NCBI GenBank assembly: GCA_963675595.2
Contig: CAXXLZ010000002.1
Coordinates: 2,720,001-2,784,000 of the forward strand
Direction: 5' to 3'
Source of the DNA: Thermodesulfobacteriota bacterium
GTDB lineage: Bacteria; Desulfobacterota; Desulfarculia; JACQYL01
DNA length: 64,000 nucleotides
Below, one piece after another: positions 1-9,528 of the stretch. Within the stretch, counting starts at the first letter, position 1. Each line of letters starts with the position of its first letter. The notes beneath the pieces are model-generated. The model saw only the letters and a list, made by a program, of their open reading frames with translations, had not been told where the DNA came from and made no database searches. The translations under genes and the position numbers were made by a program.

Positions 1-303
1 CCCGACAACGACGAGTTTGGTTGGCTCGCCGGCGCCAAGTTCGGATCCAAGAAGATCAAGAAGTTGGGTAACTGGCAGGTGGTCTATATGTATCGCTACC
101 TGGAAAAGGACGCTTGGCTGGATACCTTCCCGGATTCGGATGCCTTCGGCGGCTACACCGGAGTCAAGGGGCACGAGGTCATCCTCACGACGGGGCTTGC
201 CCGCAATGTGACGGTGGCCGTTGACTACTACTACATGAAAGAAATCAACAACACGGACATCGACGAACACACGGTCTTCGTCGACTTCGTCTTCAAATTC
301 TAA
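1..303 (+). CDS. putative outer-membrane porin, 3' part (runs off the window start)
   Basis: Frame 1 is open from base 1 (PDNDEFGWLAGAKFG...YRYLEKDAWLDTFPDSD...). Amphipathic beta-strands and C-terminal Phe (VDFVFKF) are typical of BAM substrates. Confidence 0.75.
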   Translation, partial: PDNDEFGWLAGAKFGSKKIKKLGNWQVVYMYRYLEKDAWLDTFPDSDAFGGYTGVKGHEVILTTGLARNVTVAVDYYYMKEINNTDIDEHTVFVDFVFKF

Positions 304-315
304 GGGTTCGATCCA

Positions 316-349
316 CAGGCGGGGCCGGCGACATCCCCGCCTGATTTTG
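316..349 (+). terminator. intrinsic terminator after porin gene
   Basis: CAGGCGGGG...CCCCGCCTG stem followed by ATTTTG, 12 bp after the stop. Confidence 0.65.
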
Positions 350-614
350 TGGCTCGTTTATCAAGGAATTCCAACCCGGTGGGCCTACGCCACCGGATTG
401 AAGGATGCTGCGCCAATCCCCACGGCCCAAGCCGGCGGAACACTTCTTCCGGTGAGGTCGCGGCTCCACTCAAAAAACGAGGTCCGCTCTCTTATTCGAG
501 AGTCGGACCTCGTTTTTCCGTCATTGCCGCGCCGCCTCAATCAAGGAACAGTTCCCGAACCTGCGCCTTTTCAGTCTCCCAAGGGCGATCATCCGGCGAG
601 CCGGCCCGGATCAC

Positions 615-1253
615 TTACCAGAGAATCGCTTCCGGAGCGGCGTCACCTTCGTAGTAAGCCCCTTCCCGGCAAGCCACGCATCGATCCCCGTCATGTTCAG
701 GATAGCACTCCCCGCACATGGGACAAACCGCAACTACTCCCTTCTTTCCCGGGCCGAGATTGTCCGCAACTTTGACCCTCAAGGCCGAAAGCATGCCTCG
801 CCCCGCCCGCAGCATGGCTGGAAGCAGGACCTCCAGAGGGAGTTCCTTCTTGGGAACCCGTTTCAGAAACCAGTTCCAGATCTCCGGATATCGCTCCAGC
901 TTGCCCATGTCCACCCATACCCGGACGCCTACACGGTCTTCGATGTTGTACAACGTAACGGCATATCGCCCGTAGTCCGTCACCGCGAGCCAGTTATTCC
1001 CCACGGTACACGGCGTAAATATCTGCACGGCGTCGGGAAGGCAGTAGCGTGATTCCGCCACGACATTGTAGAGAACTCCCTCCCCGATCAGCTCTTGAGC
1101 GAGATCAATCATCAAGCCGCCCAACACGATGCCCGGAGCGATACCTCCGTGAAACTCCTCGATTTTCCGGAGCGCCTCTTTTATGGGTATCCGGCTGATC
1201 TTCACATTTTCAAATTCGTCGATCACGTCGTTCCGCATGAATCCTCTCTCCAA
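615..1253 (-). CDS. FmdE family protein with C-terminal zinc finger
   Basis: FHGGIAPG, CLPDAVQIFTPCTVGN motifs; C-terminal CPMCGE...CVAC. Start may be slightly downstream (MRNDV). Confidence 0.85.
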   Translation of the reverse strand: MERGFMRNDVIDEFENVKISRIPIKEALRKIEEFHGGIAPGIVLGGLMIDLAQELIGEGVLYNVVAESRYCLPDAVQIFTPCTVGNNWLAVTDYGRYAVTLYNIEDRVGVRVWVDMGKLERYPEIWNWFLKRVPKKELPLEVLLPAMLRAGRGMLSALRVKVADNLGPGKKGVVAVCPMCGECYPEHDGDRCVACREGAYYEGDAAPEAILW

Positions 1254-1551
1254 AATAAACCTTAAGTCATTCCGCGGCGGCTCTTCATTCCAAGGATGCA
1301 GAAAAATGCACGAGCCGGCATCCGGGGCCGAGTCTAAAACGGCGTAGTAAGCTTTTCAACTTTTTTGGATGATCGGGTTGCGCAATATACTCCGGGCACC
1401 AAGCGCCTCCAATCACCAAAGGATTGGATTCTGCATCCCATTTATCCAACCTGCAATGCGGAATGCAACAGCAATGCTCCGCCTTCCGGTCCCCATCAAG
1501 CTCATACGGTGACCATTAAGGCAGGGAAGAACGATTCTTCAAGTTCGGCGG

Positions 1552-1568
1552 CCGGCATGGAAGATGCT
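1552..1568 (+). promoter_or_regulatory. candidate sigma-54 (-24/-12) promoter
   Basis: CCGGCATGGAAGATGCT gives GG-N10-GC (GG 1554-1555, GC 1566-1567), upstream of GGAGGA RBS (1581) and ATG 1594. Confidence 0.45.
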
Positions 1569-1593
1569 ACTGGGACGGACGGAGGATCTTTCG

Positions 1594-2004
1594 ATGCTTG
1601 CCGTGCCGGAACACCAGGGCCGCGTCTCACCGGTCTTCGATACTTGCAGGACGATTTGGGTTTTCGATCTCCGAGACGGCGGAACCCTTCCTCAGCGGAA
1701 AAAATCTTGTGAAAGCCTAAACGAAGAGGGCCGCCCTAAGCTGCTCAAGGAACTCGGCGTAAGCCTTCTCATATGCGGAGCCATCAGTGGATGGATGATT
1801 GTCCAGCTCGAAGGACTCGGAATCCGAGTGATCCCATGGCGTTCAGGCGAAGTGCGGGAAGTGGTGAAGGCTTTTCTCTCCGGTTGCCTGGAAGAGGACC
1901 GATTCGCCATGCCCGGTTGCCATCGAAGGCGGCAGTGCAAACAACGAGTACAAGGGACAAAGAATATTCAGGGTTCGGACCAGGAAGACCCGTTCGAGAA
2001 CTGA
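1594..2004 (+). CDS. NifB/NifX (dinitrogenase FeMo-cofactor biosynthesis) family protein
   Basis: RVSPVFD, LLICGAIS, GEVREVVKAF, FAMPGC motifs; RBS GGAGGA before ATG 1594. Confidence 0.8.
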   Translation: MLAVPEHQGRVSPVFDTCRTIWVFDLRDGGTLPQRKKSCESLNEEGRPKLLKELGVSLLICGAISGWMIVQLEGLGIRVIPWRSGEVREVVKAFLSGCLEEDRFAMPGCHRRRQCKQRVQGTKNIQGSDQEDPFEN

Positions 2005-2342
2005 ACGGGATGTCGCCTTCCCCGCCGCACGGATCATTTCCGCACATCCAAGATTCTTTTCTGATACGTTCGACGCCTGGAGGTTGAAACGGTCCCGTCC
2101 GACACGGTCTTCGCCCATCTCGAATGAGATGCAGGATGCGTTGACCGCCTTTCGTAAATCTTCCATCCACTGTTCTCTTCCGCGGCGCGTCTTCCCTGAA
2201 TGTTTTGCCTCTTCCAGGTAAGCGGACCACGGCTCCCCCGGGACACGGGTTGCCAGACGCCGAACGGATGATTAAAGAAGGACCCATGTTTCTTGTTTCC
2301 CCAATTGCTCGATTCCAACTGAACATATAGGAGGATAAATCA

Positions 2343-3218
2343 GTGACGGCTCAAGCGGAAGGGTGTTCACACGCCGGTGCGACCACAACGAACGACGATG
2401 ATGAGTTGAAAGCGCAGCTTGATCGTATCCGATACAAGCTGCTGGTAATGAGCGGCAAGGGCGGCGTTGGAAAAAGCAGCGTCGCGGCCTACCTCGCCGT
2501 GTCCCTGGCTCGCAAGGGATACCGGGTCGGCTTGATGGACGTGGATCTGCACGGGCCCAGCATACCGAGAATCCTGGGATTGACCGAACAACTGCAGGTG
2601 GGCGATTCGAAAAAAGGCATACCCGTCGAATTCAGCCAAAACCTTCACGTGGTTTCCATCGACAGCCTCATAGCGGATCGGGATTCCGCGATCATTTGGA
2701 GAGGCCCTCTCAAAATCGGTGTGATCAAACAATTCATCACGGACATTGAATGGGAGCCTTTGGATTTCCTAGTGGTCGATTCTCCTCCCGGGACCGGAGA
2801 TGAACCTCTGACCGTCGCTCAAACCATACCCGACGCTCAGGCGATCATTGTAACCACTCCTCAGGAAGTCTCACTTGCGGATGTACGTAAGTCCATTAAT
2901 TTCTGCAAGCAGGTCAACATGAAAATCCTTGGCGTGGTGGAAAACATGAGCGGACTCATCTGTCCCCATTGTTCCAAGGAAATCCAGCTGTTCAGTAAAG
3001 GCGGCGGCGAACGCACCGCCTTGGCATCCGGCCTTCCGTTCCTGGGTCGCCTGCCTCTGGAACCCAGCCTCGTGGTTGCGGGAGACACCGGATTGAGCAT
3101 GTTCTTGTCCGACATGAATCTGCCTTACTCCCGAGAATTTTCTCTCTTTGTGGACAAGGTGGAGGAAGGAAGTAAGACGGCCTCTTCCCCGCAGGCGGGA
3201 GAGGCTTCGCAAGACTGA
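2343..3218 (+). CDS. mrp: Mrp/ApbC/NBP35 Fe-S cluster carrier ATPase
   Basis: SGKGGVGKS deviant Walker A, DVDLHGPSIP, WRGP, DSPPGTGDE, ENMS..CPHC. Confidence 0.93.
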   Translation: MTAQAEGCSHAGATTTNDDDELKAQLDRIRYKLLVMSGKGGVGKSSVAAYLAVSLARKGYRVGLMDVDLHGPSIPRILGLTEQLQVGDSKKGIPVEFSQNLHVVSIDSLIADRDSAIIWRGPLKIGVIKQFITDIEWEPLDFLVVDSPPGTGDEPLTVAQTIPDAQAIIVTTPQEVSLADVRKSINFCKQVNMKILGVVENMSGLICPHCSKEIQLFSKGGGERTALASGLPFLGRLPLEPSLVVAGDTGLSMFLSDMNLPYSREFSLFVDKVEEGSKTASSPQAGEASQD

Positions 3219-3477
3219 ACAAAGCCTCGCACGGCCCGTTCTTTCGGGCGGATGAATCTTCTTCGACATACTGCGCGGGAACGGCATTCGCCTGTTCCCG
3301 CGATGTGTTTTTCCCGCTTTCCCCTGCACAGTCCGCAAGGCCGGTTGCGAGTTTCCGCTACATGCCGCGATGCCGCCATTCTCGGCTCCGTACCGGCCTT
3401 CTTGCGCATCCTCTGGAAGAGCTTACCAGGGTATGATAGACTTTCTCCGAAGTTGATCACCCCTTCAAGGCGAGTGC

Positions 3478-4458
3478 ATGGCGGAAACAATCCTCCGACT
3501 GGAAAATATTGTAACGATCTTCGACACGGACCACGGACCACTGCGTGCCGTTGACGGAGTCTCTTTCGAAATAGAGACCGGAAGTACCGTTTGTGTGGTG
3601 GGAGAAAGCGGTTGCGGCAAGAGCGCCACCGCCTTGTCCGTGCTGCGTCTGGTCCCTCCCAATATCGGACGCATTGCGCAAGGGAGCATCTTTTTCCGCG
3701 AACGAAATTTGCTGGACCTTTCGGAAGCCGAAATGCGCGCCGTTCGTGGAAACCACATCTCCATGATCTTCCAGGAGCCCATGACCTCGTTGAACCCCGT
3801 ATTCACCGTGGGAGACCAGATCGGGGAGATGTACCGTACACACCTAGGCATGACGACTTCAGAGGCCTTGGCCAAGGCCTCTGAAGTTATGAATCTAGTG
3901 GGAATTCCCGATCCACATGTAAGAATTCGAGAGTATCCTCATCAAATGAGCGGGGGCATGCGACAAAGGGTCATCATCGCCATGGCCGTTGCGTGCGAAC
4001 CCGATCTAATGATAGCGGATGAGCCCACTACCGCACTGGACGCCACCATTCAGGCCCAGATACTTGCATTGATGAACGACCTGAAGGCCAAGAAGCGGAC
4101 CTCGATGCTGTTCATCACTCACAACCTCGCCGTGGTGCGGGAAATGGCCGATAGGGTAATCGTCATGTACGCCGGCCGGGTTTTCGAGACCGCCGACGCA
4201 GATGACTTCTTCGCCGGTCCGCTTCATCCCTACACCGAGGGCTTGTTCCGCTCTGTTCCCGTGCTCGGCCGCAATAAACCGCTTGAGCCCATTCCCGGGA
4301 TTGTGCCGGACTATTTCCACCTACCCCGCGGGTGCACTTTTTCAGATCGATGCCCCTACGCGTTTGAGCCTTGTTCCACCGAAGAGCCTCCGCTTTTCGC
4401 TGAAGATCACGGGACACACCAAGTGAGGTGCTACAGATATGACCCCCGTTGGCGATGA
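3478..4458 (+). CDS. oppD: peptide/nickel ABC transporter ATP-binding protein (OppD/DppD-like)
   Basis: GESGCGKS, IFQEPMTSLNP, SGGMRQR, ADEPTTALD, HPYT, C-terminal Cys cluster. Confidence 0.9.
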   Translation: MAETILRLENIVTIFDTDHGPLRAVDGVSFEIETGSTVCVVGESGCGKSATALSVLRLVPPNIGRIAQGSIFFRERNLLDLSEAEMRAVRGNHISMIFQEPMTSLNPVFTVGDQIGEMYRTHLGMTTSEALAKASEVMNLVGIPDPHVRIREYPHQMSGGMRQRVIIAMAVACEPDLMIADEPTTALDATIQAQILALMNDLKAKKRTSMLFITHNLAVVREMADRVIVMYAGRVFETADADDFFAGPLHPYTEGLFRSVPVLGRNKPLEPIPGIVPDYFHLPRGCTFSDRCPYAFEPCSTEEPPLFAEDHGTHQVRCYRYDPRWR

Positions 4459-5458
4459 AGCCGGGAGGATCGGTCACAATGGGTCCGACTCGAAGTCTCC
4501 TCTCGCAGCCGTCAAAAACCTCCGCAAAGTCTATTCGGTGCAAAGAGGCTTCTTCGGTCGAAAGAGTCGATACCTGAGAGCGGTGGACGGTATCAGCCTG
4601 TCCGTCTTTCCCGGAGAAACCTTCGGTCTGGTCGGAGAAAGCGGGTGCGGGAAAAGCACCCTGGCACGCCTGATTCTGCGTTTGGAAGAACCCACCGGAG
4701 GCCAGGTACTGTTCCGCGGTCAAGACCTGGAAACTCTTTCGTCTCGGGAGCTCAGAGGTCTGCGTAAGCACATGCAAATGGTTTTCCAGGACCCCTACTC
4801 TTCTCTCAATCCCGCTAAACGCGTCGGATGGCTCATTGCCGAGCCCTTGGTGATTCACGGTGTTGGAAACGGCTCCGAAATCCACGATCGCGTGGGGTCC
4901 TTAATGGAAGAAGTGGGTCTTAATCCCAAGGATCGAAACCGCTTTCCCCACCAGTTCAGCGGGGGGCAAAGACAGCGGATCGGAATCGCGAGAGCACTGG
5001 CCCTGAACCCCGATCTCATCGTAGCGGACGAACCCGTATCCGCTCTGGATGTTTCCGTTCAGGCGCAAGTCTTGCGGCTTCTCGAGAATCTTCAGAAAAA
5101 GCACAATCTCACCTACCTGATTATCGCCCACGACTTGGGAGTTGTTCATTACATCAGCGACCGAATCGGAGTCATGTACTTGGGAACCCTCATGGATATC
5201 GCCTCAAAAGAGCAGTTTCTGAATCCTCCCTTTCACCCTTACACGGAAGCGCTCCTCAAAGCCGCTCCCCGGATCGAACGCACCGGGACGGAAAGCAAAT
5301 ACGCGCCGCTCCAAGGGGACGTCCCCAGTCCTCTTTCTCCACCTCCAGGCTGTCGTTTCCACACACGATGTCCCTATGCGGACATGGTTTGCCGAAAAGA
5401 ACCTCCTTTGCTTGAAGATAAGGGAAACGGTCATTTCATGGCTTGTCATTTTCGATAG
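4439..5458 (+). CDS. oppF: peptide ABC transporter ATP-binding protein (OppF/DppF-like)
   Basis: GESGCGKST, FQDPYSSLNP, FSGGQRQRIGIARAL, HPYT, GCRFHTRCP. Confidence 0.9.
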   Translation: MTPVGDEAGRIGHNGSDSKSPLAAVKNLRKVYSVQRGFFGRKSRYLRAVDGISLSVFPGETFGLVGESGCGKSTLARLILRLEEPTGGQVLFRGQDLETLSSRELRGLRKHMQMVFQDPYSSLNPAKRVGWLIAEPLVIHGVGNGSEIHDRVGSLMEEVGLNPKDRNRFPHQFSGGQRQRIGIARALALNPDLIVADEPVSALDVSVQAQVLRLLENLQKKHNLTYLIIAHDLGVVHYISDRIGVMYLGTLMDIASKEQFLNPPFHPYTEALLKAAPRIERTGTESKYAPLQGDVPSPLSPPPGCRFHTRCPYADMVCRKEPPLLEDKGNGHFMACHFR

Positions 5459-5526
5459 CCGAAGCTTCGGCGGAAGACTCCCGTTGCTCTTCCCCACCCA
5501 TCTTTCTCAGGATAGAAAGGGCCGAT

Positions 5527-6126
5527 ATGAAAAAGTTCCTCAAAACGTTTTTCGGAATCACAGCTTGCTTGTCGCTGTTGGTGATCGCAGTGCCCGCCCC
5601 GGCCTCAGGTCCGGAAGACGCGCTGAAACTTTTTCTGGACGCCTCTCTTGCGGGAAAACCGCTTGATGCCTATCAGCATATCTCGTCCACGGATCGAAAA
5701 GTATACGGTTTCGACGAATACTTGGGGAATCGAAGCGGCGATATAGGCATCTTCCTCGAAATCGTGGGAAGTATGACCTCATATAACATCGAGGAATTGG
5801 AGGTGGACGGCGACATCGCCAAAGCGAACGTCAAGGTCGGCGTACCCGATCTCCCGGCCATGCTCACCGACTTGGCGGGAAAAACCTTGGCCGCGGCTCT
5901 CTTTTCCGAGGACGTGGACCGGATGGCAAGAAAGTGGCTCATCGAAAAGATTCGTGGAGAAGACGTACCTCGAATCACCGTGATGCGCCCCATGACGCTC
6001 ATCAGAGAACAAGGAGAGTGGCGGGTCTACCTGGGGTGGTCAAAAGACAAGGCGACCACCGACCAGACCGAACTCCTGCAAGACTTGCTCAAGACAATTC
6101 GCGAAATAGGCACGACTGCCCCTTGA
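5527..6126 (+). CDS. hypothetical exported protein
   Basis: MKKFLK plus hydrophobic signal peptide; alpha/beta body ending GEWRVY, suggestive of an NTF2-like fold. Confidence 0.65.
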   Translation: MKKFLKTFFGITACLSLLVIAVPAPASGPEDALKLFLDASLAGKPLDAYQHISSTDRKVYGFDEYLGNRSGDIGIFLEIVGSMTSYNIEELEVDGDIAKANVKVGVPDLPAMLTDLAGKTLAAALFSEDVDRMARKWLIEKIRGEDVPRITVMRPMTLIREQGEWRVYLGWSKDKATTDQTELLQDLLKTIREIGTTAP

Positions 6127-6197
6127 CGCCGCGCGACTGAGCCGATAAGGTGCTTCGGCCCGCCCAGGGAGATTGGTATTGATGGAAGGAGTGAGAC

Positions 6198-6755
6198 TTG
6201 AAGGTTATCGAGACATCGATCGAAGGCGTCCTAATTCTTGAACCTCGTGTGTTTTCCGACGATAGAGGTTTTTTCATGGAGACATACCACGAGAAGCGAT
6301 ACCGTGACTCCGGAATCAGTTGCACCTTCGTTCAGGACAACCTCTCCTTCTCAAAGAAGGGAATATTAAGGGGCATGCACTACCAGTTGCACCAGCCGCA
6401 AACCAAACTCGTCCAAGTACCGGACGGAGCGATTCTGGACGTGGCGGTGGATATCAGAAGAGGTTCCCCGACGTTCGGAAACTGGGTGGGCGTTGAACTC
6501 ACCTCCGGGAACCACCGACAATTGCTGATTCCCCAAGGCTTTGCTCATGGTTTTCGCGTGCTCTCGGAAACCGCCGTGGTCATCTATAAGTGTTCCGACT
6601 TCTACGCGCCGGAAGACGAAGGCGGATTCCTGTGGTCGGATCCCGATGTCGGAATTTCCTGGCCGGCCGGCCTCCCGGAACTCTCGGACAAAGACGCCGC
6701 CTACCCCCGACTCGGAGACATTCCGGACCATCGCCTCCCATCCGTCGGTAAATGA
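6198..6755 (+). CDS. rfbC: dTDP-4-dehydrorhamnose 3,5-epimerase
   Basis: DDRGFFMETY, FVQDNLSFS, LRGMHYQ, DIRRGSPTFG, GFAHGF, LSDKD. Confidence 0.95.
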   Translation: MKVIETSIEGVLILEPRVFSDDRGFFMETYHEKRYRDSGISCTFVQDNLSFSKKGILRGMHYQLHQPQTKLVQVPDGAILDVAVDIRRGSPTFGNWVGVELTSGNHRQLLIPQGFAHGFRVLSETAVVIYKCSDFYAPEDEGGFLWSDPDVGISWPAGLPELSDKDAAYPRLGDIPDHRLPSVGK

Positions 6756-6866
6756 ATCGGCGCCCGTCCGCGGGTCCATCAGGGGATGTGCAAAATACCC
6801 GTGGGTCCCCGGTCCGGACAAGCACCGTGAGTCAACCTTCTCGAAGGCTTTTCCGGACGCCCCAAG

Positions 6867-7364
6867 TCACTTGTATTCCTGTTTGTAGTCGGGGAACAGC
6901 AGCTTGCTTGTCTCATTGGGGGCCAGCAGGCACTCATTTAATAGTTCCTTGCCGCGCTCTTCGGAAACTTCCGGTAGAAAGAGATAGCTTCCCATCCAGA
7001 CGTAGTTGACATACACATAGTGAACTTTGTCCGCCTTTAAATTGAACTCGCCGGTTTGGTCCACCCCGCATTCTTCGCCGCCGACCCTCAAACGACGTTC
7101 CCCGGGATCTGAAAGAATGATTGAATACGAGCCGGGCGGCAGCATCCCCGCGGGGATATCGTCCAGCCGAATTTCCATGTTGCAGTCCGGATAGCCGATA
7201 CTCGGCCTGATAACATAGATCAACGAAGTGCCTCTCGGCGGTTTCACATCTTCCGCGAGCAGTTCGAGCCGGGAAGAAACGTCCGGTCGCGGTCCCATTG
7301 CGCATGAGACAAGACCCAACAAAAGACTGATCCCGACTAGCCCTTTCAGCAAAGCTGTTTTCAT
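6867..7364 (-). CDS. putative lipoprotein (DUF2846-like)
   Basis: MKTALLKG...LVSC lipobox; IYVIRP and GSY motifs. Confidence 0.6.
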   Translation of the reverse strand: MKTALLKGLVGISLLLGLVSCAMGPRPDVSSRLELLAEDVKPPRGTSLIYVIRPSIGYPDCNMEIRLDDIPAGMLPPGSYSIILSDPGERRLRVGGEECGVDQTGEFNLKADKVHYVYVNYVWMGSYLFLPEVSEERGKELLNECLLAPNETSKLLFPDYKQEYK

Positions 7365-7548
7365 GCATCTGCCCATTTGAATTCTCCTTGACGATTCGAC
7401 TCGGACGGAACGTCGCTCCGCTTGCCGACCGGACCTCACCCGAAATCCGAGGCAATGCCTCGACGACCGGCGTTGTACATAGGAGCCGCCGCTCTAAAAA
7501 TCCTTGGTCCGAATAAAGGTACCCGCAGGTTTGGTCGGACTCATCGTC

Positions 7549-7706
7549 CTGGCAGGCCGTTGAAAAACGCGATCTGCGGCGTTGCGCTTCATCCCTCGTC
7601 ACTGCGACGTACTCTATGGACGTCTCATTCCTCGGGATTTGCGCGCCTTGCATGTCATCGTTTTTCATCAACCTGTGGCAACCGGCTTTTTTCAACGGGC
7701 TGCCAG
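7549..7706. mobile_element. MITE-like non-autonomous element (~158 bp)
   Basis: Terminal inverted repeats CTGGCAGGCCGTTGAAAAA / TTTTTCAACGGGCTGCCAG (1 mismatch in 19 bp). No coding capacity. Partial second copy at 29260-29306. Confidence 0.7.
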
Positions 7707-8192
7707 AGTAATCATTACGGGGGGAACTTCCTGAGAAGTGTTCTCCCGTTGACCCTGCGGACAAGATCGGCTTACGGGCATTATAACCGATGCGCCGTTC
7801 GCGCGGAACTATGCTGGAAAGACGCCTTAGGATCAACCGCTTTTGCGTCGGCCTCGTGACAACTTGATTGCATTTGTGTTTCCTCGGGACGGAGCACTCC
7901 CTCCATGGATTCAAGCCCTATGGGAGGAGGCATGAGAGGCGAAGCACCATTTACCCGCGCAAAAACAAGAGGCTAAGGCACCCCACTGCTCCAGGGGATG
8001 ACCCGAGCATCGAATTCGGTAGTAACGGTTGGGATAAAATTGAATGCGGAAAGGCGAATGAACGCTTGTGATTGGAGTTCATGGATTCGGCCCCGGCAAG
8101 GCGCAACAATGTCTTGTCACTCACCGCGGCGAATTATAGACTAACCCTCACTCATTACGGAGTTGGATGGTTCCGTTATTGAAGAATCCGAC

Positions 8193-8384
8193 TCATGCAG
8201 AGCCCGGGATCTTCTCCTGCGAACGTTGGGAGGTTTCCCAATAGGCCCGGAACAGGTCGTCTTGCCCGGTAGTCCGTGTCATCCGTCCTCCGCACGAGGT
8301 ACAACTGACGGTATGATCGTCAACCCCGGCGATCCGACTTTCAGTAAGGCTACATTTTTCACAATGGTACTGGTAGAATGGCAT
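8193..8384 (-). CDS. FmdB family zinc-ribbon protein
   Basis: MPFYQYHCEKC...CTSCGG; RBS GGGAG upstream. Confidence 0.75.
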   Translation of the reverse strand: MPFYQYHCEKCSLTESRIAGVDDHTVSCTSCGGRMTRTTGQDDLFRAYWETSQRSQEKIPGSA

Positions 8385-8423
8385 ATCGCTCTCCCTGAAA
8401 AAAGGAAAAGTTTCTTTGATTTA

Positions 8424-8452
8424 AGAATAAAACAACTCACATGGAATGTCAA
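8424..8452 (-). promoter_or_regulatory. sigma-70 promoter for the FmdB-like gene
   Basis: Minus strand reads TTGACA-N17-TATTCT. Confidence 0.65.
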
Positions 8453-8586
8453 CAATCATATCCACATCCGTTTTTCCGAGATACAACAAACCAATCCCGA
8501 TCAATAAAAATAGCTCAAAGGCTCATTCGGATGACCTCCAGGAGGCACCGAGAGCGCTCGCGGCCCATGGCCGAGAGGGGGACCTA

Positions 8587-8627
8587 TTGACGAGCGAGCA
8601 ACCGTGATATATAAGACCTTATATATC
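8587..8627 (+). promoter_or_regulatory. sigma-70 promoter overlapped by a perfect palindromic operator
   Basis: TTGACG(8587)-N17-TATAAG(8610); inverted repeat GATATATAAG-AC-CTTATATATC at 8606-8627. Confidence 0.65.
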
Positions 8628-8721
8628 CTCTTGACGTGACGCAAGTGCGGCGGCCCGGCCCGTCGCCCATCCAAGGACCCGGAAGACGACTCCGAACCGA
8701 GAGTCAAGGACTTAAACGCTT

Positions 8722-9147
8722 ATGAGACTCACGCGCGCTGGAGAATACGCCGTCCGTTGCGTACTTTATCTTTGCGGAAAGCCCCCCGGAGAGCTCGTCA
8801 AACGCAGAGCCGTGTCGGAGGAGATGGACGTACCCTTTGAATTCATGGGAAAGATCGCCCAAGATCTGGCAAAGAGAGGCATTCTCGAAATCGTCCAGGG
8901 ATCCAGGGGTGGATTTCGACTTCTTCGATCCCCGGAGGAGATTTCCCTGCTCGACGTTGTCGAGGCCGTTATGGGTGATATTCCTCTGAACGATTGCGTT
9001 GTGCGCCCGGATTCGTGCCGACGCAGCACCACGTGCACCGTTCACCAGGTCTGGAAAGACGCGCGGACACAGCTGCGCCGGACCCTTAAGGAAGCGACCT
9101 TTGCCAAGATGATTCGAGAAGGGACCTGTCTGAACGACGCCCACTGA
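8722..9147 (+). CDS. Rrf2 family transcriptional regulator (Fe-S binding type)
   Basis: MRLTRAGEYAVR, GSRGGFRL, ISLLDVVEAV, three Cys in CVVRPDSCRRSTTC. Confidence 0.92.
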   Translation: MRLTRAGEYAVRCVLYLCGKPPGELVKRRAVSEEMDVPFEFMGKIAQDLAKRGILEIVQGSRGGFRLLRSPEEISLLDVVEAVMGDIPLNDCVVRPDSCRRSTTCTVHQVWKDARTQLRRTLKEATFAKMIREGTCLNDAH

Positions 9148-9528
9148 CCTTACTTCGCCCCCCCCTCTCCGTTCCCCAAAAATGGAGCGTTCACCTGATG
9201 GACGAAATTTGCACGACCATGTTACGCATTTAGGCTAGGCTCAAGATTGTCTTTGGCGAACGGTCATGAAGATCGGTTCGGTGCACCGGGCGAGCCGCCT
9301 GCGAGGATTCATAAACGTCCAAACAACGCTGTTCGCCCGCTTGACAGCGGTCTGAACCGGCCCTAGGGTTAAGGGTATCGGACTGCACGCAACATGGGCA
9401 AGAGCTTCCGATCCGAATACTACACATCGCGTTAACGGTTCACGCACATTCGCGGCCGATGATCGGTTACGCACATTTATTTCATCAAGAATCTCAATAT
9501 GAATCGACCAGCATGAAGGAGGAACTCA

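Noticed and set aside
1594-2004. Nitrogen fixation inferred from NifX-like, IscU/NifU and IscS/NifS genes
   Set aside because: No nifHDK or nifEN in the window, and these families are common in non-diazotrophic anaerobes.
6934-7914. 326-aa minus-strand ORF spanning the MITE, as a possible transposase
   Set aside because: No DDE or HUH motifs; it overlaps the lipoprotein gene out of frame and has shadow-ORF composition.
7932-7976. 14-aa micro-ORF MRGEAPFTRAKTRG behind a strong GGAGGAGG RBS
   Set aside because: Too short, with no recognisable motif or downstream operon. It cannot be supported without Ribo-seq.
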